Assembly (NCBI GenBank): GCA_965637545.1
Contig: OZ281496.1
Coordinates: 8,618,001-8,682,000 of the forward strand
Direction: 5' to 3'
Source of the DNA: Phallusia mammillata
Lineage: Eukaryota
DNA length: 64,000 nucleotides
The notes below the pieces were generated by a model. That model made no database searches. It saw only the letters and a program-made list of their open reading frames with translations, and was not told the DNA's origin. Of the stretch, positions 1-11,274 are shown piece after piece; the stretch's first letter is position 1; each line of letters begins with the position of its first letter. The position numbers and the translations under genes were made by a program.

Positions 1-1465
1 AGTTGCGCAGCTATTTTCAATTAACTAATTATTTACCAAAAATATATTGATCCACACATCACTTTAACCAGTCGGTCATACAATCTAAGTTCGAGTTTAC
101 CCACTCGACCAGTCAAACCCTATACTAGGGCTATCTTCGAATCAAACATAGTATACCAGAAATATAGTGTAGTTATTGGTTATCACAAAAGTTTTTGTTT
201 AACGTGTTTACATGGGTAGAATTGATGTTTGCGTATTCTGCAATATGTGCTTGGCAGAAATCAAATGTCAACAGTAATGCAATCTAGGCGAGGCCTGACG
301 TAGGATTCTCAAATAACCAATAAGAATAGTAAAATGACTGACACTCAAATCCACAGATTAAAACAATCAATTCCCTAATGCTACCATACATTGCCTAATC
401 GCCGTTTACTTTAAGTCGTTTAAGAATAAATATGTATGTTTCTTTAAGCGTGTCATTGGTAAAACGATGACTTTACACGATAGTTTTTCATAGTTTAATC
501 TCAGAAAACTGCAGGTAATGTTTGGTTTAAGCGAGTAGATTCGCCAAATATCGTGTAAGATATTCACCCTAGCATCTTGTATGATCCGATGTAAACTTTC
601 CGATCGAAACAACTCTATATATCTAAGATCATGTCCCGAAAATCGTACGTGAAAACAAACATGTACTGATACAAGTATTATTCGGAAATAATTTCGGGCG
701 CACATATTAACTTTTAGTTACTTCATGTGCCAAGGATCAATTATCTACAACAACAAACATATAAAGTGAGATCGCTACATTTCAGATTTCTTTTGTGGTT
801 TCATATGCCTGTGTCATTTCTACTGGTCGGTATGTTTGCATAACCACACACCTAATTCCTTTCAATCCTAAATTAAAATGAAAACTTGAAAACCTTTCTA
901 TCTGTCATTAAGCTATTGCTGATAACCTTTCAGACGAATTATAACGTTTATCTAAAGACGATACTAAAACAACCATACCATGCGCTTTCAAATACCTGCA
1001 AAGCCGAATTCTAGACTGAAGCCATACGCTAACCGGCATCAACTGGTTTCGCAGTGTGGCAGTCAGCTATGCAACAATTTCCTTTTCCTGTGTGTCCGAT
1101 TACAAGCGTCATTAAGTTGGACAGAAAATGCGTCAAACCAGTAAGTTGAAGTATTCCACTGGCACTGGTAAAATATCCAAACCTATTTTTGCAGTATAAT
1201 TGACATCAGGCATACATTAAATCTGTGTGTTTTAGCATGGCAGAAATAGGAACTTTTATCCAAAAACCACACCTTGTGCACACCAGCTTTGTCTCGTTAC
1301 TGTAAAACACTTCAATCTAGTTGCTGCGCGTACATGATGAATTAAAACAGCATTAACTGTATAGCCGTAGCCGACTTTTGTACGATTCCGTAATACAGGA
1401 AGCAATTGACTCGTTTTAAATCAGAGCAAGCGATCAACCGCGAGTATTATTCTCAGACACGAACC

Positions 1466-1843
1466 CAATGCTGGATTAACCGTTAGGCAAAGAAGGCACC
1501 TGCCTACAGGCAAGTCAAAAATCAAGACCATTTTAAAATCAATAGAAATTTAGTCATGATTTCAAAATAGTTATTTTTTAAACTAATAATTCTGTTTTTC
1601 GTGACGAATTGAAGGCAAAGATTGTTTGAAAAAAGAGGAATTGAAACATGTTGCCACTTGATTTTTGATGAATTCGCATTTCCGTTAAGTGACGCAACGA
1701 AACAAACGTGGCGTTGTCAACGTTGAATCAATCTAAACACGGATGATTTTGTTAGCTAGGTATGACTTAGACTGAGTCGACCCTGATTTTCGGGCCATTT
1801 ATGAAATGTGCCCACAGGCCAGCAGACCCTTAATCCGGCACTG
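1466..1843. mobile_element. hAT-type MITE (CAGTGCnGGATTA family)
   Basis: Termini caatgctggatta / taatccggcactg; flanks cacgaacc (1458-1465) and ctcgaacc (1844-1851), a 7/8 match to an 8-bp TSD. A shorter relative lies at 14638-14797. Confidence 0.7.
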
Positions 1844-2381
1844 CTCGAACCCCCACTGACTTGACTTGAGACTCGACTAACATGACTTGCTACACAACCC
1901 TGCCTATAATTCTTCAGATACATGTTACTTTTGATTAATGTTTTGTGTTTTGTTGTCGCTTTTAAAAGTAAGTTTAATAAAATTTCCAATGGCCAACTTG
2001 CTTTTGTTTGTTCTCATTGACGAGTGAACGTATTTATTAGTTTGTAAATAATACACTTTCATATTTTTCATAATTTTGCAATGAAACAGTAGCACAATCT
2101 GAATACAAATAGGATCGTGGGAAGACATGAACCCTTTGCGGTCTTGTCAAAGTCGCCTCGCGAGCGCTGGTTTGGGAAAGGCTGCGTCAGGGCCTGCAAG
2201 CAATGTGGCTCTGTTCTAAACTGATAAACTCAAAACTTTGCAACGTACGTCATTAATCAGAATGTGTGTTACGTCATCATAGGTATTGCATCATACCATT
2301 CGCTTCTTTTTAATATCGTTCGTGCTCGCAAACAATGCACTACACTTGCAAAATTAATTTTAGGGGGAAGTGAGTCCAAAG

Positions 2382-2513
2382 GTAAATAAATTTGTTTATT
2401 TAACGTTATCCAGTAAAGAATATGATTACAATCCAGTAAATTACAATCCAGTCAGTAAATAAATTTGTTTATTTAACGTTATCCAGTAAAGAATATGATT
2501 ACAATCCAGTAAA
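2382..2513. repeat. Local tandem duplication of ~59 bp
   Basis: gtaaataaatttgtttatttaacgttatccagtaaagaatatgattacaatccagtaaa occurs at 2382-2440 and 2455-2513. Confidence 0.85.
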
Positions 2514-2625
2514 GAATCTGATTAAGTCTGGTTGGGTGATTGACAAGTTTGGAAAATCCATGTTGTGTTGCAGTGGAGTAAAGACCAGAATTAAACATAG
2601 TTGCTTTTGGCACACGTAGTGAGAC
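2500..2625 (-). mobile_element. Non-LTR retrotransposon (LINE) AP-endonuclease fragment
   Basis: Translates GFSKLVNHPTRLNQILYWI, the typical end of a LINE APE domain (QLVxxPTR...LD). Homologous to 27170-27420. Confidence 0.5.
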
Positions 2626-2712
2626 TTGCCAACATATACATAACCCGTGCATTTTTACTTCGAATATTGTACTTGTTGTGTGAATAACCATAGGCAAACA
2701 TTGCTAAAGTCA
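2625..2712 (-). pseudogene. Inverted fragment of orphan 7TM gene (end of TM1 to start of TM2)
   Basis: Minus strand reads LAMFAYGYSHNKYNIRSKNARVMYML, matching IAIFAYGSSHNKYNSGDRNARVMYMM of 50733-51611. Confidence 0.7.
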
Positions 2713-3256
2713 AGAAAGGGATAGTTTAGTTGTGTTTAGCATCGACCAAGCAAGTCTTTGAGAGGCAATTGTTTGGTTTTCAAGACTTGGACCGAACCCA
2801 TATACCAAGCGGTTGAACTCCATGATTTAAACCTTGATAAATCTAAATTTTCTGTTCAATTCGAAACAAAGGCACAGTGACATATGTGTCTTTGACGTAA
2901 CTTTGGTGCACAATTGTTGCAGAGTTTCACTTCAGTGTTTCAGTCGATTGTCAGAACGATCCGCTTTACAATAAGGAAGAGTATCCAGACGGTGGTTATT
3001 TAAAGAAGGAAGTATGACTTGGTATATGCTGTGATTCTCATAACTGCAGTTTAGTTCATTCCAACGTAAGTTAGTTTGTGCAGAAACCAGGCGTTGTTTG
3101 GCAGCAATAAAACCATTGGGATTCGTGACTTTTAGGGCACCTGTTTATGTTTACTAAATTTGAAAGCACTTTATCTCTTATCCGTTCACCTAGGCCTGGT
3201 TAGAGTAGGTTTTGACTTTTTGAACATAACGCTAAGTCTTATGTTGATTAACCGTA

Positions 3257-3916
3257 GTGGATGTTTATATTGGGCTTGACTTGGCTTTTATTATTGTGGG
3301 CTGCATTCCGAGATCAACGCGTGCATGTCAAATCCTAATGAAAATCACGCCCATCGTTATAGGTTTTAGTTTATGCTCAGTTTACACATTTCTGTGGTTC
3401 AAACAACGTTGCTTCTATAAAAGTTCGCTTTTGAATCAGCTTTACAACGGTCGGATTAAAGTTCTAAGTTAGTCGAGCATTGTCTGTCTGAATTTTAAAA
3501 CATTTACTGCATGCATTGCATACTCTATTACACAAAGATATCAGTCTTATGGGTGTGGGTGTACACATTTTGAAGGTAATGTTAAGTGGCCTTTGTTAGC
3601 AGGCAGTGCAATTGATATAGCAGGACAGTGGTTGCTTTTATTTCTTTTCCTCTATCCATTTAGATGCGCCCAGCAGGGAGTAAATGTTATTGCCGGGTTA
3701 CAAACGATGAAACGAACCGCTTTTATGTCATTACTTTGCATTTCAACCGATATTGTATCAATGTTTGCTAACTTGTATCTTGAGGTACAGCTATTTGCAG
3801 CAGCAATTGCTTGCAACCTATTAGCTGTTGTGTTAACGTTCGAAACTTGGAACGATATATTGAAATATCCTCTGTCAATTTTTGCAAGCAGTGAAACGGT
3901 TGATATCGAACACTGA
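3257..3916 (+). pseudogene. Orphan 7TM receptor-like pseudogene (TM1 to mid-TM2 missing)
   Basis: ORFs 3257-3472 and 3593-3916 are in the same frame, separated by TAG (3470-3472) where paralogs have W (VLSWSS). Carries family motifs YTFLWFKQRCFY, LFLFLYPF and LTFETW, plus the shared 3' flank. Confidence 0.85.
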
Positions 3917-5176
3917 GTTATTTAGTTTTTATAACATTATTGTTCGTCCACATTAATTGCTCGTGATTTTCGTGCATCCTAGTTTTCTGTTTCTCTTGAA
4001 ACGATCTATTGTCGCGTTGTGCTATCTTAATGACGATTTTTGCTTTCTACTTGTCGCATTGTGTATGTAATCTTGCTAGCAATAAATTAATTGGTATTGA
4101 AACTTACCTATTTTGCAAACATACCTGACTTTTAGACTGTATTTAGTATACTTCATTGTTTTGCAGCAGGGGTTGGCAACCCCTGGCACACATGCCAAGG
4201 TTGGCAGGTTGTTTTGCTGTATTTATGTTGAAGTACTAATTTAAACTTATACATTGCTTGTTACCAGTTCATCATTCAATAATAGCCTTACATTCGGCCT
4301 ACACGCATAAATTATGTTACTATTGATATATTACTATTGAGGTTTAAACGTTAGGTCGAACGAACTAAATAGGAATATTTTTATAAGATTTGCGTTTTTT
4401 CGGGTTGGGTGCGTACAGCTTTATTTGTTTTTGAAAAATGGGTTTGGTTCGGGCCTGACTTTTTCCCTGTCAGTAATTTTTTTTAAAAACAATAAGTTTC
4501 AAAGATATGAGTTGCAAACAACCATGCTTGAACAAAACGAACTTCTCGTTTTGGTGCTTGTGTGCAAGGCATGCAAGGGAAGGAAACAATTGCACGGTTA
4601 ATTGATTTGCATCGGCGACTGCGTGCTGGGCATCAACCCAATATTAAATGCAAACCTAATTGTTTCAGCTTGCTCGGTTTCATGTGGTTTAGGCCAGCTT
4701 AATCACAGACAAGTCTTTTGAAAGCATTTTTCAGAATTACAAGTATATTAAGTTTGATGTCGGTTAGTAAATACATAAGCGCTATATGTAGTTTAAAATG
4801 GTAAATGGCACAATTAGTGGATAATGACTAAAACGCGCAACAGCTGCATTGCAAATGGTTATGTAGCAACAGCTCATAAGAAAGGCAGTTTTGCGCACGG
4901 TGAGTATAATATGACTGGGCATAATTCGATTTCTTGTATGTTGTACATTTATTATGACCTGGTAGTATAGATGTGGCTGCCTATACTGACAGCTGGGTAA
5001 AGCGTAAAAGAGGTTTTGTTTTTAATATTATTGCCTTGGTTAATGTTAGATTTTTTACCTTACAGTTTGTGGTTAATTTGAAAACCAAGATCTAATTCTG
5101 AAGGCATAAAGTGACCAAAACCGATTATAAGTTAAAAAAGAAACAGAGAATACAAACAAGTGAAGATTGTATCAAC

Positions 5177-5496
5177 CAGGGGTGTGCAACCTGCGGCCCG
5201 CGGGCCAAATGCGGCCCGTTGATAATGGTTGTGCGGCCCGCGGAGACGCTGGAATTTTCTAATTTACTGGTAAACGATTCCAATTTTCATGTATTTTTGA
5301 ACAGATTAATGCGCCCGGTGCTATTTCTATGCGACCAAGCAATAATGCAACTATAAATAAATGCGACTTTTACTTGTTAACTCAATGTATAAGCATATTT
5401 TTTATGCAACAAAGTAAAATCAACTTGTGGTGCGGCCCGCGATCTAATTATGGTAATTGTATTTGGCCCCACAGTGACAAAGGTTGCACACCCCTG
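5177..5496. mobile_element. hAT-type MITE inserted upstream of the ZF1 coding start
   Basis: TIR caggggtgtgcaacc / ggttgcacacccctg; TSD gtatcaac / gtataaac; internal gcggcccgc repeats. Absent from the paralogous ZF leader at ~16.1 kb. Confidence 0.85.
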
Positions 5497-5554
5497 GTAT
5501 AAACAGCAAACGGAACAAGAACAGTTGATAGCAAAGAATACTGACAAACATACA

Positions 5555-6537
5555 ATGAAAAGTTGTGTAAAATCAGCAAACAAAAAATTTAAATGCAATT
5601 TATGTGAAAAATCATATACCCGAAAGTGTAATCTAAAACAACATTTGGTTACACACAATGGTGAAAAACGCTATCAGTGTGAGGTTTGCAAGAAAAAAGT
5701 TTTCACTAAACCAAATTTGAAAGCACACATGCTGACACACTCGGACAGAAAAAGACCACATAAGTGTGAAATTTGTGAAAAGTTTTTTTTGTCAGCTTCT
5801 GAATTAAAAATACATCAGGTATCGCACACTGGCGTTAAAGCATACAGTTGCAATATTTGCGAAAAGAAGTTTCAATTTCCAGGACATGTGAATCAACATA
5901 TGAGATGCCATTCAGGGGAACGACCATACAAATGCAATCTCTGCGACAAAAGCTACAACCATTCTTCACACCTTTCAAGACACATGCTTCATCACACCAA
6001 GGAAAATACCAAGTGTGTGAAAAATGTTTTACAGAGAAAAGGAGTTTGGACATACATCTTAATGTACACATGGGACTTAAACTGCATAAGTGTACAATAT
6101 GTCAGAAAGCATTTAGTTACCCAAGATCTCTAAGGAGCCACATGTTCATTCATAGTGACGTGAAACCACACAAGTGTAAGTTTTGTGAAAAGGAGTTTGC
6201 TTCGATAGGTGGTCTAAAACATCATATGGCGGCCCATAAAGAAGAAAAACCATTCAAGTGTCCCTCTTGTGGAAAAGGATTTCATCACATGCACGGTTTG
6301 AAACGACACAGTTTGACATACTCAGGAATAAAGGCTCACCAGTGTGACATTTGTGAAAAAAAGTTTGCCCTTTCGACAACATTGAAAAGACACCGAGAAG
6401 CTCACTTTGGAAATAAAAAGATTCAATGCAAAGTTTGTAAAAGTTACTTTATACGACTTGAAAACTTAAAGCTGCACTTGAAAAAAACCAACAAGGGTCG
6501 AAAATGTGCCAAAATTTTATATGACATCAACCTTTGA
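5555..6537 (+). pseudogene. C2H2 zinc-finger array ZF1 (~11 fingers) with frameshift
   Basis: Tandem CxxC...HxxxH fingers with TGEKP-like linkers run across ORFs 5450-6133 and 5848-6537. A ~10-nt deletion near 6002-6012 relative to paralog 16193 shifts the frame within finger 6. Finger 9 has H>Y. Confidence 0.85.
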
Positions 6538-7329
6538 AACTGTCAATTATTATGTCATTAAAGTTCTGAAAAAACGACAATGCACAATGCCCATGTAACC
6601 TGAAAGGCAGCGATATTCAATCTTCGGCGGGAATTTAATCACCCTTTTCCGGCGAGAGACTGAGTTGGGCTACGATGTTGTACGACCGTATGTAGAAGGT
6701 AGCACAAACACTCTTCTTGTTATGTTTGTCGAATCAAACTTGTTTTGCTGTGAAACTATATTTAAAAAGCTTCCAAAAATTACCACATAAGCTTTCATAT
6801 TTAATCTTAGTATTTTCGGCTTTGTCAAACTTGATTCTGTCTCGACAATGAGTATTTAATTTCGTATCAGGCGGAATAGTAATAAAAAAAAACTTACATG
6901 ACCATATTTGGCAATCAGCTTGCTTTCTTTGCACGATCGAATCAGAGCGATTTGCACATCCATCCATTTTTACCATCAGCATTTACAACGATACACTAGA
7001 AAACAACAGGAATACTTATCACTGAATCAAGCTAGAATATTTTGGTTATGTTTGTGTAGGTTTTATTTCAAATCAGAATAGTTAAATCTTTCCTGTGGGC
7101 CAAATGCGTCCAAAAACAAAGGAAACTGGAATATTTGGAGGTGGAAATTGAAATATGAATTTTAAACATAGTTTTTGTACCCCTGTGACTATCGTCGTAC
7201 ATCTCACTGTATGGATCACCCCAATCCTATTGACATCCTACTACGATACTGACATGCCCCGCAAAGGAGACAATCAATGGTGCTTGTGAATCGACTTTTA
7301 GCGGAGTTACCCCTAGACCAAAAGAATAA

Positions 7330-7820
7330 GTACAAAAAAGTAATCACAAAACTAAACTCGGGTTTTATGGTGGAGCTACCACTAACACCATACCTCACGA
7401 TAGACCCAAATTGATCAAAGTTTCGATAGGTGGCGCAAAAAGCTGAATTAATTTAGCATCTAATAAGGGGTAGGGTTTAGGGCAGGAACTTGGCCGAATG
7501 GCCTGGCGCGCCTGACCCATATACAGACATAAAAAACCTGATCGGGATTCGTCCCCGGGAGGTTCCTGGGTTCGAACCCCGTGAAGAAAAAAAAAAAAAA
7601 AAAAAAAAAAAAAGGGGTAGGGTTTAAATTGAATTTCGAAATAGGTGCTTGGGCTCTTTGCGCCACCTAGACAAATGTAACGAAAAGCGCTGCTTACATG
7701 AGTTCTGATGTTCATTTCGTGAAACTGCGATGTCTTGCGGCTTTCATAACTGTCTCTGCTTTTTGCGCCAACCATCTGCAATATGTTTTGATGTTAGTAA
7801 GTCTGACATATTTTTTGAGT
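7330..7820. repeat. Dispersed element with internal inverted repeat around a TAGGGTTTAG motif (possibly Helentron/HINE-like)
   Basis: taggtggcgcaaaaagc (7427-7443) and gctctttgcgccaccta (7653-7669) form a 16/17 inverted repeat. Homologous copies at 47192-47570 and ~52590-52850. The class assignment is only an inference. Confidence 0.55.
7480..7611 (+). mobile_element. tRNA-derived short SINE / tailed tRNA retrocopy
   Basis: A-box TGGCCGAATGG, B-box GGTTCGAACCC, pure poly(A) tail and a 15-bp TSD aaggggtagggttta (7465-7479, 7612-7626). The empty site is visible in the paralog near 47330. Confidence 0.8.
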
Positions 7821-7821
7821 C

Positions 7822-9400
7822 TGGTGCGGTTGATAGCGCGAAATATTTTCCTGTGCCACAATAGGATTAATATGCTACGCAAACACCTTATGATACAGCC
7901 TAACAGCGGTGTAGCTCGGGCAATGGTTGTGGCGGCTTATAATTTCCAAGCGATCGCTGCGCGTTTGCACAACACGGGTGGCGTAAACCCTGCCTAATTG
8001 GCGTAGGCGAAAATCGATGTGCGTGGCCACCTCGCGGCCTCCGATTGGCTGGAATTCCTTTCACCTGGCGTCGAATATATTCCCAATGAACTCGCGGCTT
8101 TGCTGCCAGCGTTTCTCGGGTTGATCTCAATAAAAGTACTGGGCCGAATAAAAGTACTGTCCCGCTCGAGATTGAATAAACTCGTCGCTTACTGCTGCCG
8201 GCTGCGGACGCTCAATATCCGGTATGTCCAAGATACTGATAAATCCGTTTAAGACACCTGGTCTAGACTATATAATATTTCCCTTGCCGCGTTCGGCTTC
8301 TGTGCGATCGGGCGAACTTGCGTCGCTGAGGTTACGATAAACCCGGACCTGCGAACTCACTCCTTCGTTTGGGGTGTTGGCCGATCTCGCAATAAAGACG
8401 TCAGGCTGCTTTAAATACTCGTCTAGCATAATCTGGTCTTCCGAAGACAATTCTCCATACCTGGCTAAAATTGCATCTACATCCAATGATCCAGAGGGTT
8501 GAGGGGTGTCGAATGTATTTGATAAATCCGAGTGTGGAATAGCAGTTTCTAATATTCATCGTTAGCAGAACAGTGATACAGATCAGTTGATTTCGTATTC
8601 AAATAGAATGTAAATAACATCAACAGCAATTAACAATAGGTATTGCAAAGAAGACAAAAGAATAGAAACCGTTAAGCCAACTAAATGTTTATTTTGATAC
8701 ATTTAAGCGCCAACGCTAGTGCCTATACAGGAAAGACATTGTCCTATCTATGTTTGATTAACCGATAAACTAATTTGCCTTTCATTGGCCCAAGATAAGT
8801 CCCTAGGATTTCTGCGGGATTTCGGTTGCTGCTTCCCCGCAGAATGATCCGCTATATTGTCGTGTGCTAAATTCGGTCCCTCATTGTTTATGAGTCCTAT
8901 TTCTGGTCATGGACTTGTTTTGTACATTAGTCTGGTCGATACATTTATCTCGAGTCGGCTAACCGCTTGCACGGGGCAGTTCGACAATGGTTGTCGCCGT
9001 TAACCAAAGACGCTATGTAGCTACATATATTTATGCTGCGCTTCGTCGCGAAGTTTTCCGAGTGCTTCAAGTTAAAGACTTTGTCGTTTTTCTGGCAGTC
9101 GTGATATTTTTTAAGTCAAAGACTTGGCCGTTTTCCTAGCTTAATCTGAATTGACGCAGGTTTGCCTTTTCATCAGCTCTTACCTATCCAAATGTTAACA
9201 CAAAAATGGCATTTTTTAGCAAAATCTCATTTTACATACAAATGTGTGAGGAGATTTCCCACTGATATAAGCGGCCAAGTATACATTCATTGGTCGGGAG
9301 GAATTCGGCGCCGTTTATGGAACGCGATGTATATTGTGTGACGCTTTGGTATATATATTAGCTTGCCCTGCGTTCTATATTATTGCATATGGCCGCTACA
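7822..9400 (-). mobile_element. LTR-like insertion (long solo LTR or internally deleted LTR element)
   Basis: Bounded by TG...CA (tggtgcgg / ccgctaca) with 4-bp TSD agtc (7818-7821, 9401-9404). Absent from the paralogous region near 47560-47600. The minus strand starts TGTAGCGG, with CCAAT and TATA-like boxes ~110-135 bp inside. Confidence 0.65.
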
Positions 9401-9562
9401 AGTCTACACGGGAATGCTTACAAACAGGTTTAATTCGGTACGGCGCTAAACGATACTTTTATCAAAACTTTCAGCAGCCATCTTGGACTCCAATTCAAAC
9501 GTAATCAGATGCTGTAAGATGATTTTAATACAACGTAACTTCAAACTGAACTGATTCAGAAT

Positions 9563-9795
9563 TGCCGGGTTACAACTGATAAAACGAACCGCATGTATGT
9601 CAATTCTATGCATTTCAACCGATATTGTAGCAATACTTGTTAAATCGTATTTAGAGGTTTAGAGGTTAGACGTATTTAGAGGCGTTCGCTTGCAACCTAG
9701 TAGCTGTTGTTTTAACGTTCGAAACTTGGAACGAAATATTGAAATATCCTCTGACACTTTTCACAGGACGGGAAATAGTTGATATCTCACACTAA
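9563..9795 (+). pseudogene. 3' fragment of orphan 7TM gene (TM6-TM7)
   Basis: Reads AGLQLIKRTACMSILCISTDIVAI...CNLVAVVLTFETWNEILKYPL with a disrupted middle, followed by the family 3' flank. Confidence 0.8.
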
Positions 9796-10049
9796 GTTGT
9801 TTACTATTCATAACATTATTGCCAGTCCACATCAATAGCTCGTGGTTTTCATGCCCCCTAGTTTTCTGTTTCTCTTGAAACGATCTATTGTCGTGTTGTG
9901 CTATCTTAATGACGATTTTCGGTTTCTACTTGTCGCATTGTATAGGAAGTCTTGCTAACAATAAAATAATTGCAAACATCCGGGTATTGTTGGTGTTTGT
10001 TCGACTAACGTTCGTAAATTGTAGTATGACTACTGTTTAAGGCTCAAAC

Positions 10050-10177
10050 TTCTAGAGACCGCGTACCACCTGACAACCATTTCATGAGGTGACAGGAGTG
10101 GTTCAACGACTCACGCTCTACCAACTGGGCTACACAGGTTTAACGGTGAACTCGTCGTATCACAAGCACCGTTGCCT
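10050..10177 (-). ncRNA. tRNA-related structured element (Pol III A-box), copy 1
   Basis: Minus strand TAGCCCAGTTGGTAGAGC (A-box/D-arm) is preceded by a hairpin and a TATA-like tatata, and followed by two hairpins. Homologs at 13599-13686 and 58512-58640. No canonical B-box or acceptor stem. Confidence 0.4.
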
Positions 10178-10889
10178 ACTATATAAGCACATTACACCTT
10201 CGTAGGTACCGCCAGATCGAAGGCAATGGTCAGTAACTGGAATCGCCAGATCGAAGGCAATGGTCAGTATCAATTAAAACTATGTTTTTACACTTTCATA
10301 ACAAGTGCGTCAGTACATGGCGTTAAACTGTCGTTAACAGACTGAGGCCTTCTTTCGCAGGTATAAAAAATTGCACAACAAGCGGACATCCTGAACCGAC
10401 ACAGTAATACGTCGAAAAGTTAATGAAAACATCAACTGCAATAAACGGTTTGTAATTACAACGACGTCCTGCATAAAGTGTATACAATGAACGTTGTCGT
10501 TTAATCGAAATTATAAAGAGTTACCATAGCCTTCTTGTTTGCTGTGCAGCATCAAAACGCAATCAGAGGTTTGACACGACTGAACGGTAGTTTTTTTTGA
10601 AAGATAATACAGTAAAACCAATCATCAGTTTCTGTAAATCGAAATACATATCATTTCCAGGAACTGATGGTGCCACATAGGCGAAATATTTGTTCCATTC
10701 ATTTGGACCGACTCATTCTGTTTTACCAATGTTTTAGTCGTCTTTCGGTTTCACTGTATTATAGTCCAAAAAAAAGCAAAACAATGATCGCCAGTTTAAG
10801 CCATGCTGTTGATGGTTTTGATGTATTACTAAAGTTGTCGTTTTTTTGAACGACCCTGTTTAAGTCCTTAGTAGTAAAGCCCTGGTCTT

Positions 10890-11030
10890 TGTTTGACGTT
10901 AGTTAGTTTGTGCTGAAACCTGTCGTGGTTTGGTAGCAATTAAAATTTTGGGGCATCATGACTTTTTGCAGCACCTTTTTGTATTACATAGGTTATGTTG
11001 AGACGAGTTGAGTTTGTTTCGTTTGGTGTC
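10890..11030 (+). promoter_or_regulatory. Conserved upstream block of the 7TM family
   Basis: gttagtttgtgcngaaacc...tttggnagcaat..aaa recurs at ~3065-3140 (+) and ~55340-55470 (-), each time on the 5' side of a 7TM copy. Confidence 0.5.
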
Positions 11031-11274
11031 AGAATATAGCAACACCATTACACTAAAACAGTCATCAGGCCTGAATCGTTATGGAGCGCAAGACAATTGG
11101 TGAATAATGGCTCAACGCGCTGAAAAAAAGCTAATACAAGAATAACTTGTCTTTTATTCAGTTTGCGGATGTCTACGTAGGAATACTGAATGCTTTGACA
11201 TTTTGGACAGAATATAACGTCTTAAATTGATTGAGAACTGTCGTATACCTTTTGGAATTTGTTCAAACTTGAAG

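Noticed and set aside
406-1300. Possible coding remnant on the minus strand
   Set aside because: Frames are short and interrupted; no motif I could assign.
5848-6133. Overlapping ZF ORFs read as programmed ribosomal frameshifting
   Set aside because: Alignment to ZF2 shows a simple ~10-nt deletion that destroys finger 6; no slippery site is needed to explain it.
7465-7485. Telomeric repeat or chromosome end
   Set aside because: Only about two degenerate TAGGGTT units, embedded in a dispersed repeat.
7480-7583. Functional tRNA gene
   Set aside because: No paired acceptor stem; poly(A), a 15-bp TSD and an empty paralogous site indicate a retrocopy.
10210-10270. Short direct repeats (also 54780-54830 and 60985-61045) as a CRISPR-like array
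   Set aside because: Two-copy local tandem duplications without spacers, in eukaryotic DNA with no cas genes.
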